Source: Octopus bimaculoides (Eukaryota). From it: a stretch of 64,000 nt of DNA. The position numbers were made by a program, and so were the translations under genes. The notes beneath the pieces were generated by a model that searched no databases, was not told the origin of the DNA, and worked only from the letters and a program-made list of their open reading frames with translations. Shown piece after piece: positions 1 through 40,146 of the stretch (position 1 is the stretch's first letter; every line of letters begins with the position of its first letter). The stretch lies in the NCBI RefSeq assembly GCF_001194135.2, contig NC_068994.1, positions 59,181,161 to 59,245,160 of the forward strand, written 5' to 3'.

Positions 1-3000
1 ATACCGCTCAGCATTTCGCCCGGCGTGCTACCGATTCTGCCAGCTCGCCGCCTTAAATGGTTTCAAATTTCAGCACAGGGTTAACCACTCTGGGGGGAAA
101 GTATAAATCAATCACATCAACTTCCATAACTTGATTGATATTTTATTTCATCGACCCCCGAAAGAATGAAAGATAAAATTGACCTCGGCGCGATTTGAAC
201 TCAGAACATAAACAACTGGAAGAAACACTGCCAAGTTTTTCGTTCGGATAAATCCTACACTCATCCACCGGTATTTAAATTACTTTTTATTAAATAATTA
301 AAACTTTAATTAATAAATCAAATTCTTCATTAATCGCACCGACAATGAAATCCAGGTAAAATTCCATAACATAGTCATTAGTATTTCTAACTAAATATTT
401 CTAACAATTAAAATAAACACAAGTAAATCATTTAAAAATAAAACGGCGGCTGTGGGAAGGAATGTTTCTGCGAGCGAAAAACTTATAGAAATAAACACGT
501 AAAGCATTCACCTACCTGAAAATATTCCGTTTTTCTCTCTCGGTTTATTAATTTCTGCTGTTTAAATGCTTGAACAGAAAATAAAAACCCAGTATGTTTT
601 GAAGCACCCAGAAAATAAAACGAATATCTATTTAGATATATACATATATGTATATATATTGGAACAACGGTGAGAAAAGTACCGAGAAAATAGGGCGGGA
701 CTTATGAATGATAATCGTTTCAAGAATAATTATTTATCTGGGCGTGGCAAGTCAGAAAGACTTGACGCCTTTTTACTTTTTTATTTTTTTATTCTCTTGT
801 TTTGTAGTTGCATGAAATGTGTTATTTCTATTTATTTGCAAGGTAAATCTTGTTTGAATAAGTCGAATACACAGGTATACACGAGTATGTGAGGATCAAC
901 GTATAAATACTTATTGAATTAAATTCGAAAATTAATTTCAATTGCTTAAAATTATGGAGGGCTAAAAAAAAAAAAAACCAATGCGTCGTTCATGTGTTTG
1001 GATGTTTATAAATAGATACGGGTGGAGCGCAGCGAGCTGGCGGAAACGACTTCGCCTTTCATCCTTTCGGGGTCGATAAACTAAGTACCAGTTACGCACT
1101 GAGGTCGATGTAATCGACTTAATCCCTTTGTCTGTCCTTGTTTGTCCCCTCTATGTTTAGCCCCCCCCGGGGGCAATAAATATATACGGGTGGGGAGGTG
1201 GGAGTACTAAAAGTTCCTAGCTTTGGGTCATTCTTTTTCTTGTTTCAGTNNNNNNNNNNNNNNNNNNNNNNNNNNNNNNNNNNNNNNNNNNNNNNNNNNN
1301 NNNNNNNNNNNNNNNNNNNNNNNNNNNNNNNNNNNNNNNNNNNNNNNNNNNNNNNNNNNNNNNNNNNNNNNNNNNNNNNNNNNNNNNNNNNNNNNNNNNN
1401 NNNNNNNNNNNNNNNNNNNNNNNNNNNNNNNNNNNNNNNNNNNNNNNNNNNNNNNNNNNNNNNNNNNNNNNNNNNNNNNNNNNNNNNNNNNNNNNNNNNN
1501 NNNNNNNNNNNNNNNNNNNNNNNNNNNNNNNNNNNNNNNNNNNNNNNNNNNNNNNNNNNNNNNNNNNNNNNNNNNNNNNNNNNNNNNNNNNNNNNNNNNN
1601 NNNNNNNNNNNNNNNNNNNNNNNNNNNNNNNNNNNNNNNNNNNNNNNNNNNNNNNNNNNNNNNNNNNNNNNNNNNNNNNNNNNNNNNNNNNNNNNNNNNN
1701 NNNNNNNNNNNNNNNNNNNNNNNNATAGAAATACTAAATTGTATTGTTTTATTCTTATTTATTACTCAATCATTTTCAAATTGTTTTCATATTTACGCGT
1801 CTCCTGCTCATTGTTGCTTGTTCATTATTTTATTGTTTCTCGCCTAAATATAATGCTTTCATTATTTTTTGTTCTAAATATTCATCTCTCTGTGTTGCCC
1901 ACGTACCCAGTTTCCGCTCAACTCTCTTTATCGCTCTCATCTTCAGCAATTACTAATTTTAACCTTGAAAAGATGCAACACAGATCTACGTTTGTCACGG
2001 CATCTTGCCTTTTTTTATGGAGATGGAAATAAAGTCGCAGGAAAAGGCGAAGAAAATGTTAAAAAGAGAAAAATTAATGTATAAAATAAAAAAATATATT
2101 CCGTATAAATGCGATAGTTGATTGCTGAAGTAATTAAACAAATAATATTTAAAGCAGTTTATTAACTGGCAATACGTAACTTGCAGATAATGACAACACT
2201 CTGTGTGTGTGTGTGTGTGTGTGTGTGAGCGTCTATGTAATACACACATACATTCATTCATGATGGTGGCTGTCCACTTGTGACTGAGGAAGACCATCAC
2301 TGACCATCGTCCATGCAAAATGCCAGTAATACCCATGTGTGAGGTTGCTGCACCAGCCGTCGGCTTCTGCCAGGTTCGCGTCCACGACTCACTTTCTCGC
2401 ATTAGCGCCTTCCTACTCAACCGAGAATCAGGTAGTTGCTTCGGGTAGTTGCACAACCTAAAATGTTAGATCAAATGAGGCTTGTACAGCACCTCACAGA
2501 CCCTCTCCATCCCACTGACATGATCCAGAGACAAGCCAGGGCAAGATATCCAGACAGGCCCGTTGCCAGACTTTGGTGCCAGGTGTTGCTTCAGAATATT
2601 CTGGGTGGCACCAATTTATAATAACGCTAATGTGGAGTTTCGAAATAAGTGTATCACTGTAAATCTGAGGGTGTACCATTGAATAGTGAAGGGGCAGTGC
2701 CGTCCAGTGCACCCCCTTGACGACGGGTATGTATCCAGTGCCAATACGGGTCGATTTCTCAGGAATGTGGGAGCCTCAAAATCTCAAACGCAAGCAAATG
2801 AGTCGCAAAATGTCCGATGCCATTCCTTGCATATTTGGCTTTATTATCATAGTGACCTTCTCCTAGAGATATGCTTTAACAAAAGCTGAGGCTTGCCTCC
2901 CTGCCATTAGTCTTCCAGCTGATAGAATGACAAATTTGGTATCCATAAAGAGACACCTGATTACATTGGATTACAGTGATAAACGCTTGTACATCACGAG

Positions 3001-3318
3001 TGCCACTCTGAGTGTCCGTGATTAGTACCTGGTGACAAGGCCGAAGCAGGGAGCTGACTAGTAATCAGGTGAAACTGCAGGTTCTACATCAGAGTAACTT
3101 CTCTCCTAGAAGGATGCTGTGACATTAGCTGGGGGTCCATCAGTCTTGGTCGTTTTACTGTGTGGTAGGAGGGGAATGTCTCTTTGAGTTACTTAAAAAG
3201 TAATTTAACGAGCCCTCTTAGAATTTATGAAATTTCGATGAGAAGACAAGGTTACCTTGAGATGTGCGTTCGAACAATGAGTTCTCATATCTGAAAATAG
3301 AAAGGAAACATGTGAATC

Positions 3319-3536
3319 TGTAGCGGGGATTCGAAATCGAATCCCTGGATACGCGGTCAGACATCACGAGCAAACCACATCAATTTCACGTGATCGGTCT
3401 ATCAAGCAACCAATCAGTATCAAGCCATCGCGTGATTCAATCTTTTAGAATCTTCTTCTTGTGCCCTATAAAAGGCAACTTTTGGCGGTAATCAATTGCA
3501 GACTGTTGAGTTATCTGTGCCTCCATTCTTGCTACA
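3319..3536 (+). mobile_element. LTR-like or promoter-like block
   Basis: TGTAGC...GCTACA inverted ends; E-box 3387, CCAAT 3410, TATAAAAG 3467; no TSD found. Confidence 0.35.
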
Positions 3537-5633
3537 CCAGACGACGGACACTTTTACAGCCAGATGACTCAGGATGGCGCATGTAGATAACAGGAACCGC
3601 CGTTGCTATGAAGATAGCACAATTGTTTGCAGTTATGTTGGGCAAGCCACACGTTACCGTATCAATAGCTTACCGTAAACTTGAACCAGTATCTCTTTCT
3701 CAGTTTGTAATTATTACTACTGTTATCTGTAAAATGTCAGTTTGTCTTCATGTGCGATACTAAAACCTTCCGTTGAGTATTTGCTACACGCAGAGTTACT
3801 TTCACACGCTCTTTAACTGAACCAGTCATCCCCACCGACCAACAACACAAACACCTCAAGGTACAAAGCCATGCGAATATAGTCCTTAGAATATTAAATT
3901 TCAGCAAAGATGGTACGATGAAGGATTGAACGCCATTGATGCTAAACGTGTTGTTGAGACACATATCTGAGGCTGAACAGATTGTAAAGAGTGGAAAGAC
4001 CACCAATGAGTTGTCCTATTTAATAAAATTTAAGATGGTTTAAAATTTGTTTTTCAAAGCGATCAATATCATTGCAAGGAAATAAGAATTATGCGGAAGT
4101 AAACTGTATCTCGTCTTTTCTCTAAAAATAATGAAGGTGGAGGCAAAAAAAAAAAAGAATGACTTCCATTAATATTGTAGGCGGTGCATGGACTAAACGA
4201 GAAGGACAATGAAAGGAGATTTGAAGGAGATTTGGTTGCTATCTCTAGAAAGCTGAAGACATCGTAGGGGCTCCCCCGAACAGACAAGGTCTTATCTTAA
4301 TTACAAACTACATCTATGGTGTCATAGAGTTCGGATGTTTAACGTTGCATCATATTGTCGGGGGGGGGGGAGACAACTTAGAAGACTTAAAAACACTTTG
4401 AATACAAAAGTTATGTCCCTTTTAACCAACTCTTGTTTGCAATGGTGGGTTGGAATGTAATGGTGTTGATGCTGAGTCTTGATCCAGCAATGGTCAAAGT
4501 CATTCCAACAGTAGCTATGCAATCCTTTTGCATATTTAGTTCTACTTAATCCAATGTATCTATTTCTTTAAGAAAACAGGCCTGGTCCCTCAAGTTCAAA
4601 AGAAGGACACACTGTAGTAGTAGACTGACTATAGACTCTATCTGAAAGAAAAGATAGGATAGAGATGGCTGGAATGTGTTGATCAAGAAACACCAGAAAT
4701 CTCACAAATATGTATCCAAAAACAACAGATTTCAAGACCAAATTAAAAAAATAGAGTTTTTCAATATTTCATGTACAAGAAAGGATGCTGTTACCATATT
4801 TTCTGTTGAAATACACTCACCTTGTTTCAATTAATTTTGAAAATAACAAAGAATTTATTTAAATTATTTTGTCACTATTAAGTAAGTGATTGGAATATAA
4901 ATTAACATGAAACATCGTTGGAAGGTTTTAATTTAAATCACTTTAAAACAACATCACAGAACCATGAGCAAGTTCAGGGGGTTTAGTTTCAAAATTATTA
5001 AAACAAAACAAGATTAGTATTAAACATATATATTCTCATTTATTAATCTTTTAAATAACCAAGAAAAATAACATTTGTGAATTCACAGAAATCTACAGAT
5101 TATAGACAAAATATCACAAAAGAAGCAACAAGGTTTGGTTGACTCTGAAACCTAAAGGTTGCTGTGTGGATTTCTGCTTGAATAACAATTCCAAAATTAG
5201 AACACACTCAATCCTCAATGAGCAAAATCGATTTTGAATTTGGATTGATTTGTAAATTTAGACCATAATAAATGGGGTTTTTTTTTGTTCTTAAATTAAT
5301 GAAGCAAGACAAATATATTATTATTCTAACAGATCAATAAATTACATTTTATTTATGTTGAGAAATGGTTTAAAAGTTTCATTGCAGCTATTTACCAGTA
5401 GACATTGATAAAATTTTAAGGGATTTACACTGGTACAATTAAGTAGGGGTCAGTTTCATGACAACTATCTCTGTAGTTCAGAATCCTTTCCCAATTAATT
5501 GAATTAATTCCTTGTTTCCTTCAGTATCACACAGTTTACATCTTTGCATTCCTCTGAAATATAGCATTCAAAAGCAAAGTCCTTTGCTATGTATGTAAGC
5601 ATGAATGGATGATCAATTGACTGACCCTAATAC

Positions 5634-5705
<72 letters not shown>

Positions 5706-6922
5706 ATTAAGGGTACCGAAAAGGCACCACCATGCCAGAAATATGATATGAATGAAACATAATAGCATCACATTAATAAGGTAATTTCACATGACCAGAC
5801 ATGTTTCCATGGAAGACTGGAAAATAAGTGACACAGTATGGAGAATGCTTACAGCCAGTTGAATAAGAAAAAGAGAGAGAGAGAGAGAGAGAGGGGAAGG
5901 AGGCTGTATGCAGAATGGAGAAGTTGCAGAAAGAGCATCTACGTGATTATGGAGCAAGAGAAATGATTTCAGCTGAAAACCAGGAGGAGATGATGTGATT
6001 TGGCAGTGATTTGGCCACCACTTCCATGCTACCAATTTGCAATGGTTCTAGGAGATTGTCTGATGACAGCAATTCCGCCTGGTCAAAGTTACATTCACCA
6101 AAGGTGACTGAGGTCAGAACAGCTTTTAATTGTGATCAAGTTCTCGTTAAACATTGATAAAATGATAAAAGCTTTTTCTATTAATAACAGCAACATGTGG
6201 AAACAACAGAGTAAATTAAATAGTAATTTAGTGACCCCTCCCTGATCCCATCTTGGAAGTATATTTAAAGGTAACAGATACATGAGACTCAACAATCAGA
6301 TCTAAGGTCCACAGTTTGTGGGTGGGTGATGGAACCAATTTTGTGAAAGATAGAAGATAAATCTTAAAAGGATATCTTAAAGAATATTTTAAAGAAATAA
6401 CAAAAATTTGGGTGTTTGTTCACTATTCTCTTGAACTCTACAGTTGTCATGGTGACAGTGACATCTAACTTGCACTCTTCAAAAATGGAATTTGATCAAA
6501 ATACTGTAACAATCTCTAATTTTTGGATTCTTAAACTACTCTCAATTTTTATGATTACAACAGGGTAAAACAATGTTTATAAGTTGAGAATGATCTCACA
6601 TGCTACAACCATAATAATCAAAGCCATCGTTAAGTCATTTGCAGGAATTACTTCATTAACAACAATTTGTAATCATTAAAAAATTTAAAACAATCTTCTC
6701 GCCGATTTTAAGTTACATGTCTTTCTTCTGTTTTATAAATAAAACAATATAAATAAATAATGTAAATGTGTGTGTGTCTGTGTCTGTGTGTGCGAGAGAG
6801 AGAGTAAAGTTACAAATTTAATTACCTTAATTAACAATTATCCACCACCATTGCGATGCAGCTAAATTTCCAGAAGTTTTAATTTTTAAAATGTTCAATT
6901 TAATTCTTTAAAAGTTTTAAAA

Positions 6923-33302
<26,380 letters not shown>

Positions 33303-34932
33303 CTAGATATGACCAGGGAGAAAATATGGAGTGAATTGGAATAATATTGCAATACGAGGAAACTGACCATTCAATAATTAATAAGATAAAAATGATAACT
33401 GGACAGGCCAACCAAACAATTATAAATTCAATTCAGTTTAAATATTTTATACAAACAACACATCTCATAAATTTAATAACCCTTAGGTGTATTTTACACC
33501 TAGTTAAATTGTTATACACACACACACATATATATATAAATATGTATATATTTGTGTGTGTGTCTATGTTTGTACCCTAGCCATCGCTTGACAATTGATG
33601 GTTTGACAAAAAAGAGACCGATAGAATAAGTACTAGGCTTACAAAGAATAAGTCCTGGGGTCAATTTCTTTGACTAACATGCTGGAGCACCCTTTAAGGT
33701 GGTGCTCCAGCATGGCTGCAGTCAAATGACTGAAACAAGTAAAAGAATAACAGAAAAAAATCCATTCCTAAAATATCAAATTATGCATTAGAATGATAAA
33801 TAGAGTAATTATACAAGCTAACGAGACAGCTTTCATGAGAAATATTATTTTAATTATATTTCGCACATTACATACTACTAATTGTCAATGATTATTTTGT
33901 TAACAAACAGAAGAAAATAGTTTATATTGTAATCATGCAGACTGCTGTTTTGTTTGTTTATTCTTTTATTGGTTCCAGGCAAATTCTGTGGCCATTGCTG
34001 ACAATAATTTGATTGGTTGAAAACTTGAGGCTTTTCAGACACTCCACAATCATAATAAATTCCTTCAGTACTAATAAACTGAATGTTCTTATTCACTAAT
34101 TCTACTTTTTATCAAATCTATATAGCAGCCATGTTTCTCTGTCCATTGATCATACGCTGTCTTCAGATCAATACAATTTTTCAAGTTATTTACTGAGAAA
34201 AACAAAACACAGAACAATGAGTTTATTCATTTTACTCATTGAATTCATAAATACAAGGCATAGAAAAATAAGGTTGGCATTTTATTTTTCATCAAAGTTT
34301 CTTCCCCACACTCTGTACATCGTAATTTGACATCTGCTTTCCTGAAAAAAAAATGGCTATGAAAATTTCACTCTGAAATACAATAATTGACTGTAATAAA
34401 AGGAAAAAGACCAACCAAGACAGGGAGACTGGAAGAAGAAAGAGAAAAACAATAAAAATCATCATCATCATCATCACAGATTTTAAAAAACCTTCAGTTA
34501 GTAAAACAGTTAAATCTGATGTAAACGTTTTTGAAGTTTTTGTTTGTTTTTGTTTTTAAAATGCAGTTCTTTTTTTGAGTGGTAAACTATTTCACAAGCA
34601 TCTTCAATTTGTAGAACTGTCATTTCTGCTGCTTTTTAAGATCAAAAGATCATTTTCCACTTTAATATTTGTTGATATACAGTAATTGGGAAATTTTTAA
34701 AAAGGGCAAACATTCCTCATCCAATAGAAATAATTCCCTGAAACTTATCATTTACCACTTTGTTAATGTATAAGGAAGTTTTAGTTAAGATATTTCACTA
34801 AACTGTTCTATTAATATGGTAGACAAAATTATTATAAAAGAAAAAGAAATTTGTTTTAACACTCAGTGCCTGCTATAAATATTAACATATGCTAATATTC
34901 ACAAATGTGAGAGATTTTGTCATAACAGACGA

Positions 34933-34997
34933 AGTGTCCAGTACTGAAGAGAGGCAGAAATAGCCCGAAACCAGGTTGTTCTGCTGGTCCTGTCGCT
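34933..34997 (+). ncRNA. Hammerhead-ribozyme-like motif (type I topology, imperfect stem I)
   Basis: CTGAAGA (34944-50), stem II G(A)GGC/GCCC with loop AGAAATA, GAAA (34967-70), stem III CCAG/CTGG, GTC triplet ending at 34989. Confidence 0.45.
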
Positions 34998-35433
34998 AGA
35001 AGGTGGTAGGGGTTCGCTCCCCTGCTCGCAATATCTCAGATGCAGCTATGCATCGTTAACCAGCGAGAGATGTTCTCTTGAGGTTAAAAAATAGCAGTAG
35101 CATCCGTTTGAACGGACAGCCATGTTGAAGTAGCTACGAACATTACTTATATATATGTGGGGCTTCTTTCAGTTTCTGTCAACCAAATCCACTCATAAGG
35201 CTTTGGTCAACCCAAGCAGAAGACACATGCCCAAGGTGGGACTGAACCCAGATTCGTGTGGTTGGGAAGGAAACTTCTTACCACACAGCTATGCCTCTGC
35301 CTATGTATGTATATAAAAGATAGCATTTTAGATGGACAAACAATTGAAATTTAAAGTTTATCTATTGTATTGTCAACCAGGTAACAGGTATCGTAATGAT
35401 AAAAATTGAACAATAACTGAGTGATTAATTATC

Positions 35434-35473
<40 letters not shown>

Positions 35474-35699
35474 ACGCGAGTGTGTGCGTGTTTGAGAAAG
35501 CTAAAATTATCAAAACAGGAAACATTTCATGGATAAGGAAGGGCAGTGTTCACTGGCAGTCAGGGTGTAATCTTTATATAAAATTAGCATAATTAGTGCA
35601 TTTTAATTGAAGCTTAGTCATTTAGAATAAATTATTGCAGATGTTATTAAAATATAGTTGGAAAATATTAGAATATCATTTCATAACATTTCGAAAATG

Positions 35700-35950
35700 C
35701 GCAGAGAACTTCCCCCAATATAGTCCAGTGTTAACCAGTTCTTCCCCATAACAACATCCGACCATATCTCTCGCTAATGACTTTCCAGAAATCGACCAAC
35801 CTGGGCTACAAAGCTCTACCTCGTTCAGGCTTTTCTCCGATCGATTACCACTTTCTCAAGGATTTTGACCATCTTTTTTCAAAAAGTCTTTAATAACCAA
35901 GAAGAAGCACAAAACGATTTCCAAGAATTCATTAGTAAATGCTGGTTCCT
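35700..35950 (+). mobile_element. Degenerate mariner transposase remnant
   Basis: Frameshifted LG.KALP...SP.DYHF..DF.HL segment. Confidence 0.55.
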
Positions 35951-36965
35951 TGTTTAGCAAGAATGTTTAAATTATTTCAGTTTGTAAACTTTATTATTAC
36001 AGGCTGATGTTTACGAACCGCGATTGTTTTTCCCACCGATCACCTGTCAATTAACAGTCGCAAACTTCGGTTTGTATTGGATATATCAGATGAATGGATT
36101 GTAATTTCATGAGAAATTCATTTTTCCTTTTACGCAGAATAACCAAGTATAATAATGCAAACTTTAACGCAGGAACTTTCAGTTTTCACGGAGGAACCCA
36201 AAAACTGAAACAGTTATTTCTTAGATCGGGAAGAGAAGAGTTTTTTAAATGTTAACAATAACAGACTGTATTTATATGAAATGTTTGCATATCTGTGAGT
36301 GATTAAAAATTATTATGGTTAAGTAAACATTAAACATTACTTTATAACAATCGGCAACAAAGACTGGAAGAGAGAAACAGCCAGGGTGAATCACAGAAAT
36401 TAAGATTTAAAAAAAGAAGAAATAACCACAAACAATGGTTTTTTTTAAACATCGAATTCACATGAAATAAAATGAAATACTCGAGGAAATTAGAATCTTT
36501 TGGATTGTTTAGAAGAAACAGATTAAGAAATAATATTTAAAAGAATATCTCCGTTTTCCACCCCACTTAAAAGAAAGAATAATTTAATGAGGAATTTAAT
36601 AAGATATTAGATTACTAAATATGTAAACAAAACCCAAACTGAAATAAAATAAATATCAAAATTTTTATAACGCTAATAGTTGCTTTTATTTTGTTTTATG
36701 AGGATCAAAGTAGGAAGGGCCCCAAGTCACCCTTGCATTTCGTGACCCTTTCAGGGCCAAAGAGATTGGTGAGACGAAGACGTACGCACTTGTTATACTA
36801 AGTATACTAAGCGGTACTAATTAAAACTACTGCATTATATATGTGTGTGTGTGTGTACACACAAACACATGCATATCTATACAGACATGCATTTATAGGG
36901 TTAAACCTAAAGGAACGAAGTGATCGTCCAGCAGACGATGTTTTTGTTTTGAAAAAGTAACTTAC

Positions 36966-37004
36966 CAAATAATAGGAGAAAGAAACTTCCTCAACTTCTT
37001 CCAT
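36966..37004 (-). CDS. Candidate initiator coding segment of the MUN-like gene (MEEVEEVSFSYYL)
   Basis: ACAATGG context and strong TTG|GTAAGT donor; linkage to downstream exons not resolved. Confidence 0.3.
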
Positions 37005-37599
37005 TGTTGTATATAGGTTCCCGGCGTATTTTCTCTTACAATAAATATTTGTCTGATACGTGAATAAGGTGTGTTTCTTGTTTGTCCGTGCATAATGAGT
37101 TGTGGACGAAAGCAGCAAACAAAACTGTCAGAGAAGATAAGCAAAAAGTTGTGATTGAGGTCGCCATTTTACTTAATCTCCACATGACTTGAGTCAGATG
37201 ACTTGAATGATATCATATTAGTTTTAAGGCCACAAATGTGGGTCAGCTTTTATTAAGCTGCAATAATCAGTCAAAAAATATATATTTTTGCGATTATCAA
37301 CGAAGGATGTGGTTATTTTTAGTCATACCTTTCAGTAGCATGGTTAAATGAATCACATTTTTATGTTATGCAATTTATGTTGCCGGTGATGTATTACTTG
37401 TTTCCAAACTTTTCTGTTGGTCCCTAACTTGTTAGTAACTGCTTTTTCGGGGTATATTATCAACGAAAATACTATCACCTATAAATAAATTGTACCGTCA
37501 GGAAAACTTATTTGGGTCTTATATCCAAATAAAAGTGATACCATCAAGATGTAAACCAAAAATATCTTGAAATGTGAGACACAATGTCCAGCATTTGAA

Positions 37600-37930
37600 A
37601 TGGTAGAATAGCAATGGGCTTAATATTCAAACAAATACAAAAGAATTATACACGGAGAAAAAAAATTAGATACGATATACTGCAAGTCGTTTTTTGGACT
37701 GTTGCAGAGACAAAAATTCTTTCATTGTTTTAACATTTAGAAACCTGCTGGATCGGCTTCTGGTACGCTTTTGATCAGTTGTCAGAAAACGTGTGCAGAA
37801 TATTCTCAACTCTCTCACGGATATGCTAATGGCAATGGCTATTTCATTTATAGTCAGTCGCCTATCATCCATCACTATGTGGTGAACATGATCAATATTT
37901 TCCTCAGTGGTGGCAGTTACAGGACATCAA
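37600..37930 (-). mobile_element. mariner transposase N-terminal remnant
   Basis: ORF 37666..37875 MMDDRRLTINEIAIAISIS...LTTDQKRTR, typical mariner HTH/linker. Confidence 0.7.
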
Positions 37931-39199
37931 GACCTTGGGTTATCTTCAAGACTCTCTCTTTCCCTCTTAAATTCAGCTTCTCACTTTTTTTACTATTGAT
38001 AGGGCTGGAGCGGCATCCCCTAATCTAGCAACCATGTCAGAATGCGTGTCCTTGGGACTAAACCCTTTTTTTCTACGGGTACTTGATAACATCACGAAGC
38101 CAAATTTTGTCCATTTTCAAGCGATGTTGCTACTATTACTTTTGAAGTCTTCTTTAAACAGTGAGATGTCAGTCTACCTGAACAGAAGCAATGCATTTGT
38201 TAATAAGAAGGGTTGAAATTAATGCATGCATGTTGGCACAGCTCTAGCATCGCCACTTCATAGTCAACCTATGTATCTTTCAGTCCACTCTCGTAAATTT
38301 ATTAATGGACCAGAGGTGACTCTCATCAATTTCACTCTCAAAGAATCTTTCTAATTTCTTTGATCGACTTATTTTATAACAGAAAAGATTTAAAAGCAGG
38401 AGATATTAGTGAGTTTAAATTGTGTGAAATGATTAAGAACCTTCCGTAGTAGTAACACCATCTTCAGTTCTACATTTTACTTTGGCAAAAATATGTTAGT
38501 TCCTTCGATTAATGCTCTCCTTGAAATAATTTCTTTTTTATTGAGTTCACGTGTTTGTGCATCATTAATACCACAATGACGAACGTTTCCACGTTAAAAG
38601 TGGCACTTCACATTCATCGTTGCCCTGTTTGCTCTGCGACTCTACAAGTGATTTTATACTCATGTTTGAGCATTTTATCCATGGCGTATACTGGATTATT
38701 TTACCTGTGGAAACTACCACAGATCGTAAATTCAATGCTTACAATTTATGGCAACAGGTGACAAACCCATAGCAGAAACTAAAATTAATTACTTTAACAG
38801 CTGCCAGCCACTGTTCACCCTAAGTTATCAAAAGAATATTTCGAAAGTAGCTATATTACGGGTGCGAGTGAAAAGATACCTCAAGTACCAGAGCGAAAAA
38901 TGCTCGAGAGTAGGAAAAAAAAGCCACAAGGGAAAAATGGTATATTTTCATAATTCTCAGAATGGCTGTAATTGTGCTAAAATACAAGAAAAATTATAGC
39001 AATTCCTGCAATTAAAGAATAAAGAATGTCAATGGCATAATAGGCGAACAAAAGAACCCCTCTTGCATCCAGCGTTTCTTCTGAATTTTGCTGAGTGCAG
39101 AAATTTGCTTTAGTGCAAATTTTGTTTTTCTCTACAAAGTATAAAGCGCATTCAAGCAAGTATCCATATTGAGAAAAAATATTCAATTTCATCACGAGA

Positions 39200-40045
39200 A
39201 ATTTGTGCGCGCCAACGACAAGCCGTGTGCGCGCGCACAAGCGCACAGCCCAGCAACAGCACCTGGTCCATCTGGAATCGTCCAAATGTAACGAGTGATT
39301 TTACAACGATAATTAAACCAGATCTTCATGGTTTCTGCTTCAATCAATCTTTTTCTCTTTCTCACACATACGCTTTTACCCTCACTTTCTCTCCCCTCCC
39401 TTTATCTTTCCCCTACTCTTCTCCCCCCCCTCTGTCTACCTTACGTCTATCTCTCTCTTCCTACTCTTTCTTCCCTCTCACCCCCTCGCTTATCTTTCTC
39501 CTCCTCACCTCATCCCCCGGTTTTTCATAGACAAAAGAGTGGAAGGTGAAATCTCACATATCCGAAGAATTCTCAAAATTACTTCTGGATAAAGATTACC
39601 AGACCTTAATTGGGAGACACATGTCTTGGGAAACTACATGATATATGCCAAGCATGTGTGCGTGCGCGCGCGAGTGTGTGCATTCACACACACACACACA
39701 TATATATCTAATATAATAAATGTGAAAACTAATTTCTGTGTGTCGGTGTGTCACACTTTGATCGGTGTATTGATGAATACTGTTAATTATTTGGAAACTA
39801 TTTTTCAATTTTAATGAAATTCAATATGTACTCAATGCATGAAGTGTCATTGTTGGGCCCAATCAAGAACCCTTCGTAGGAGCGGGTGGCTCTGAAGCTA
39901 GGGTATATAATCTATGTATATATCTGAGCGTGTGTTTATAGCACGAGGACTTCGCCAGTCCATCCACGCCTTCACAAAAGAGTGACCGACTCTAATAAAT
40001 TGTGCAAGTTTCCCTCGTTGGAATTATCTCCCCTTCGCGAGAGAG
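39200..40045. promoter_or_regulatory. CpG-enriched region upstream of CDC23, candidate bidirectional promoter
   Basis: Local CpG clusters including the palindrome TGTGCGCGCGCACA (39226-39239); lies between divergent genes. Confidence 0.4.
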
Positions 40046-40146
40046 ATGGCGGATATTTCAAGTTTAGATCTTTGTCAAGTGAAAGAAGAATTGATTCAGG
40101 CCAACTGGCAATGCAACATTCGGGGTTTGACTCATGGGGCCACCAG
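40046..40146 (+). CDS. CDC23: CDC23 exon 1 ([34 protein letters not shown])
   Basis: ATG at 40046, donor AG|GTAAGG, phase 2 matches next exon; resembles ANAPC8 N-terminus (RGL.H). Confidence 0.88.

Noticed and set aside
1198-2032. Long X-filled ORFs here and at 8448-8912, 21658-22680, 46006-46768, 55527-56073
   Set aside because: Artefacts of N gaps
33880-34700. Several protein-like minus-strand segments upstream of exon 33124-33302
   Set aside because: Could not build a phase-consistent splice path; left unannotated
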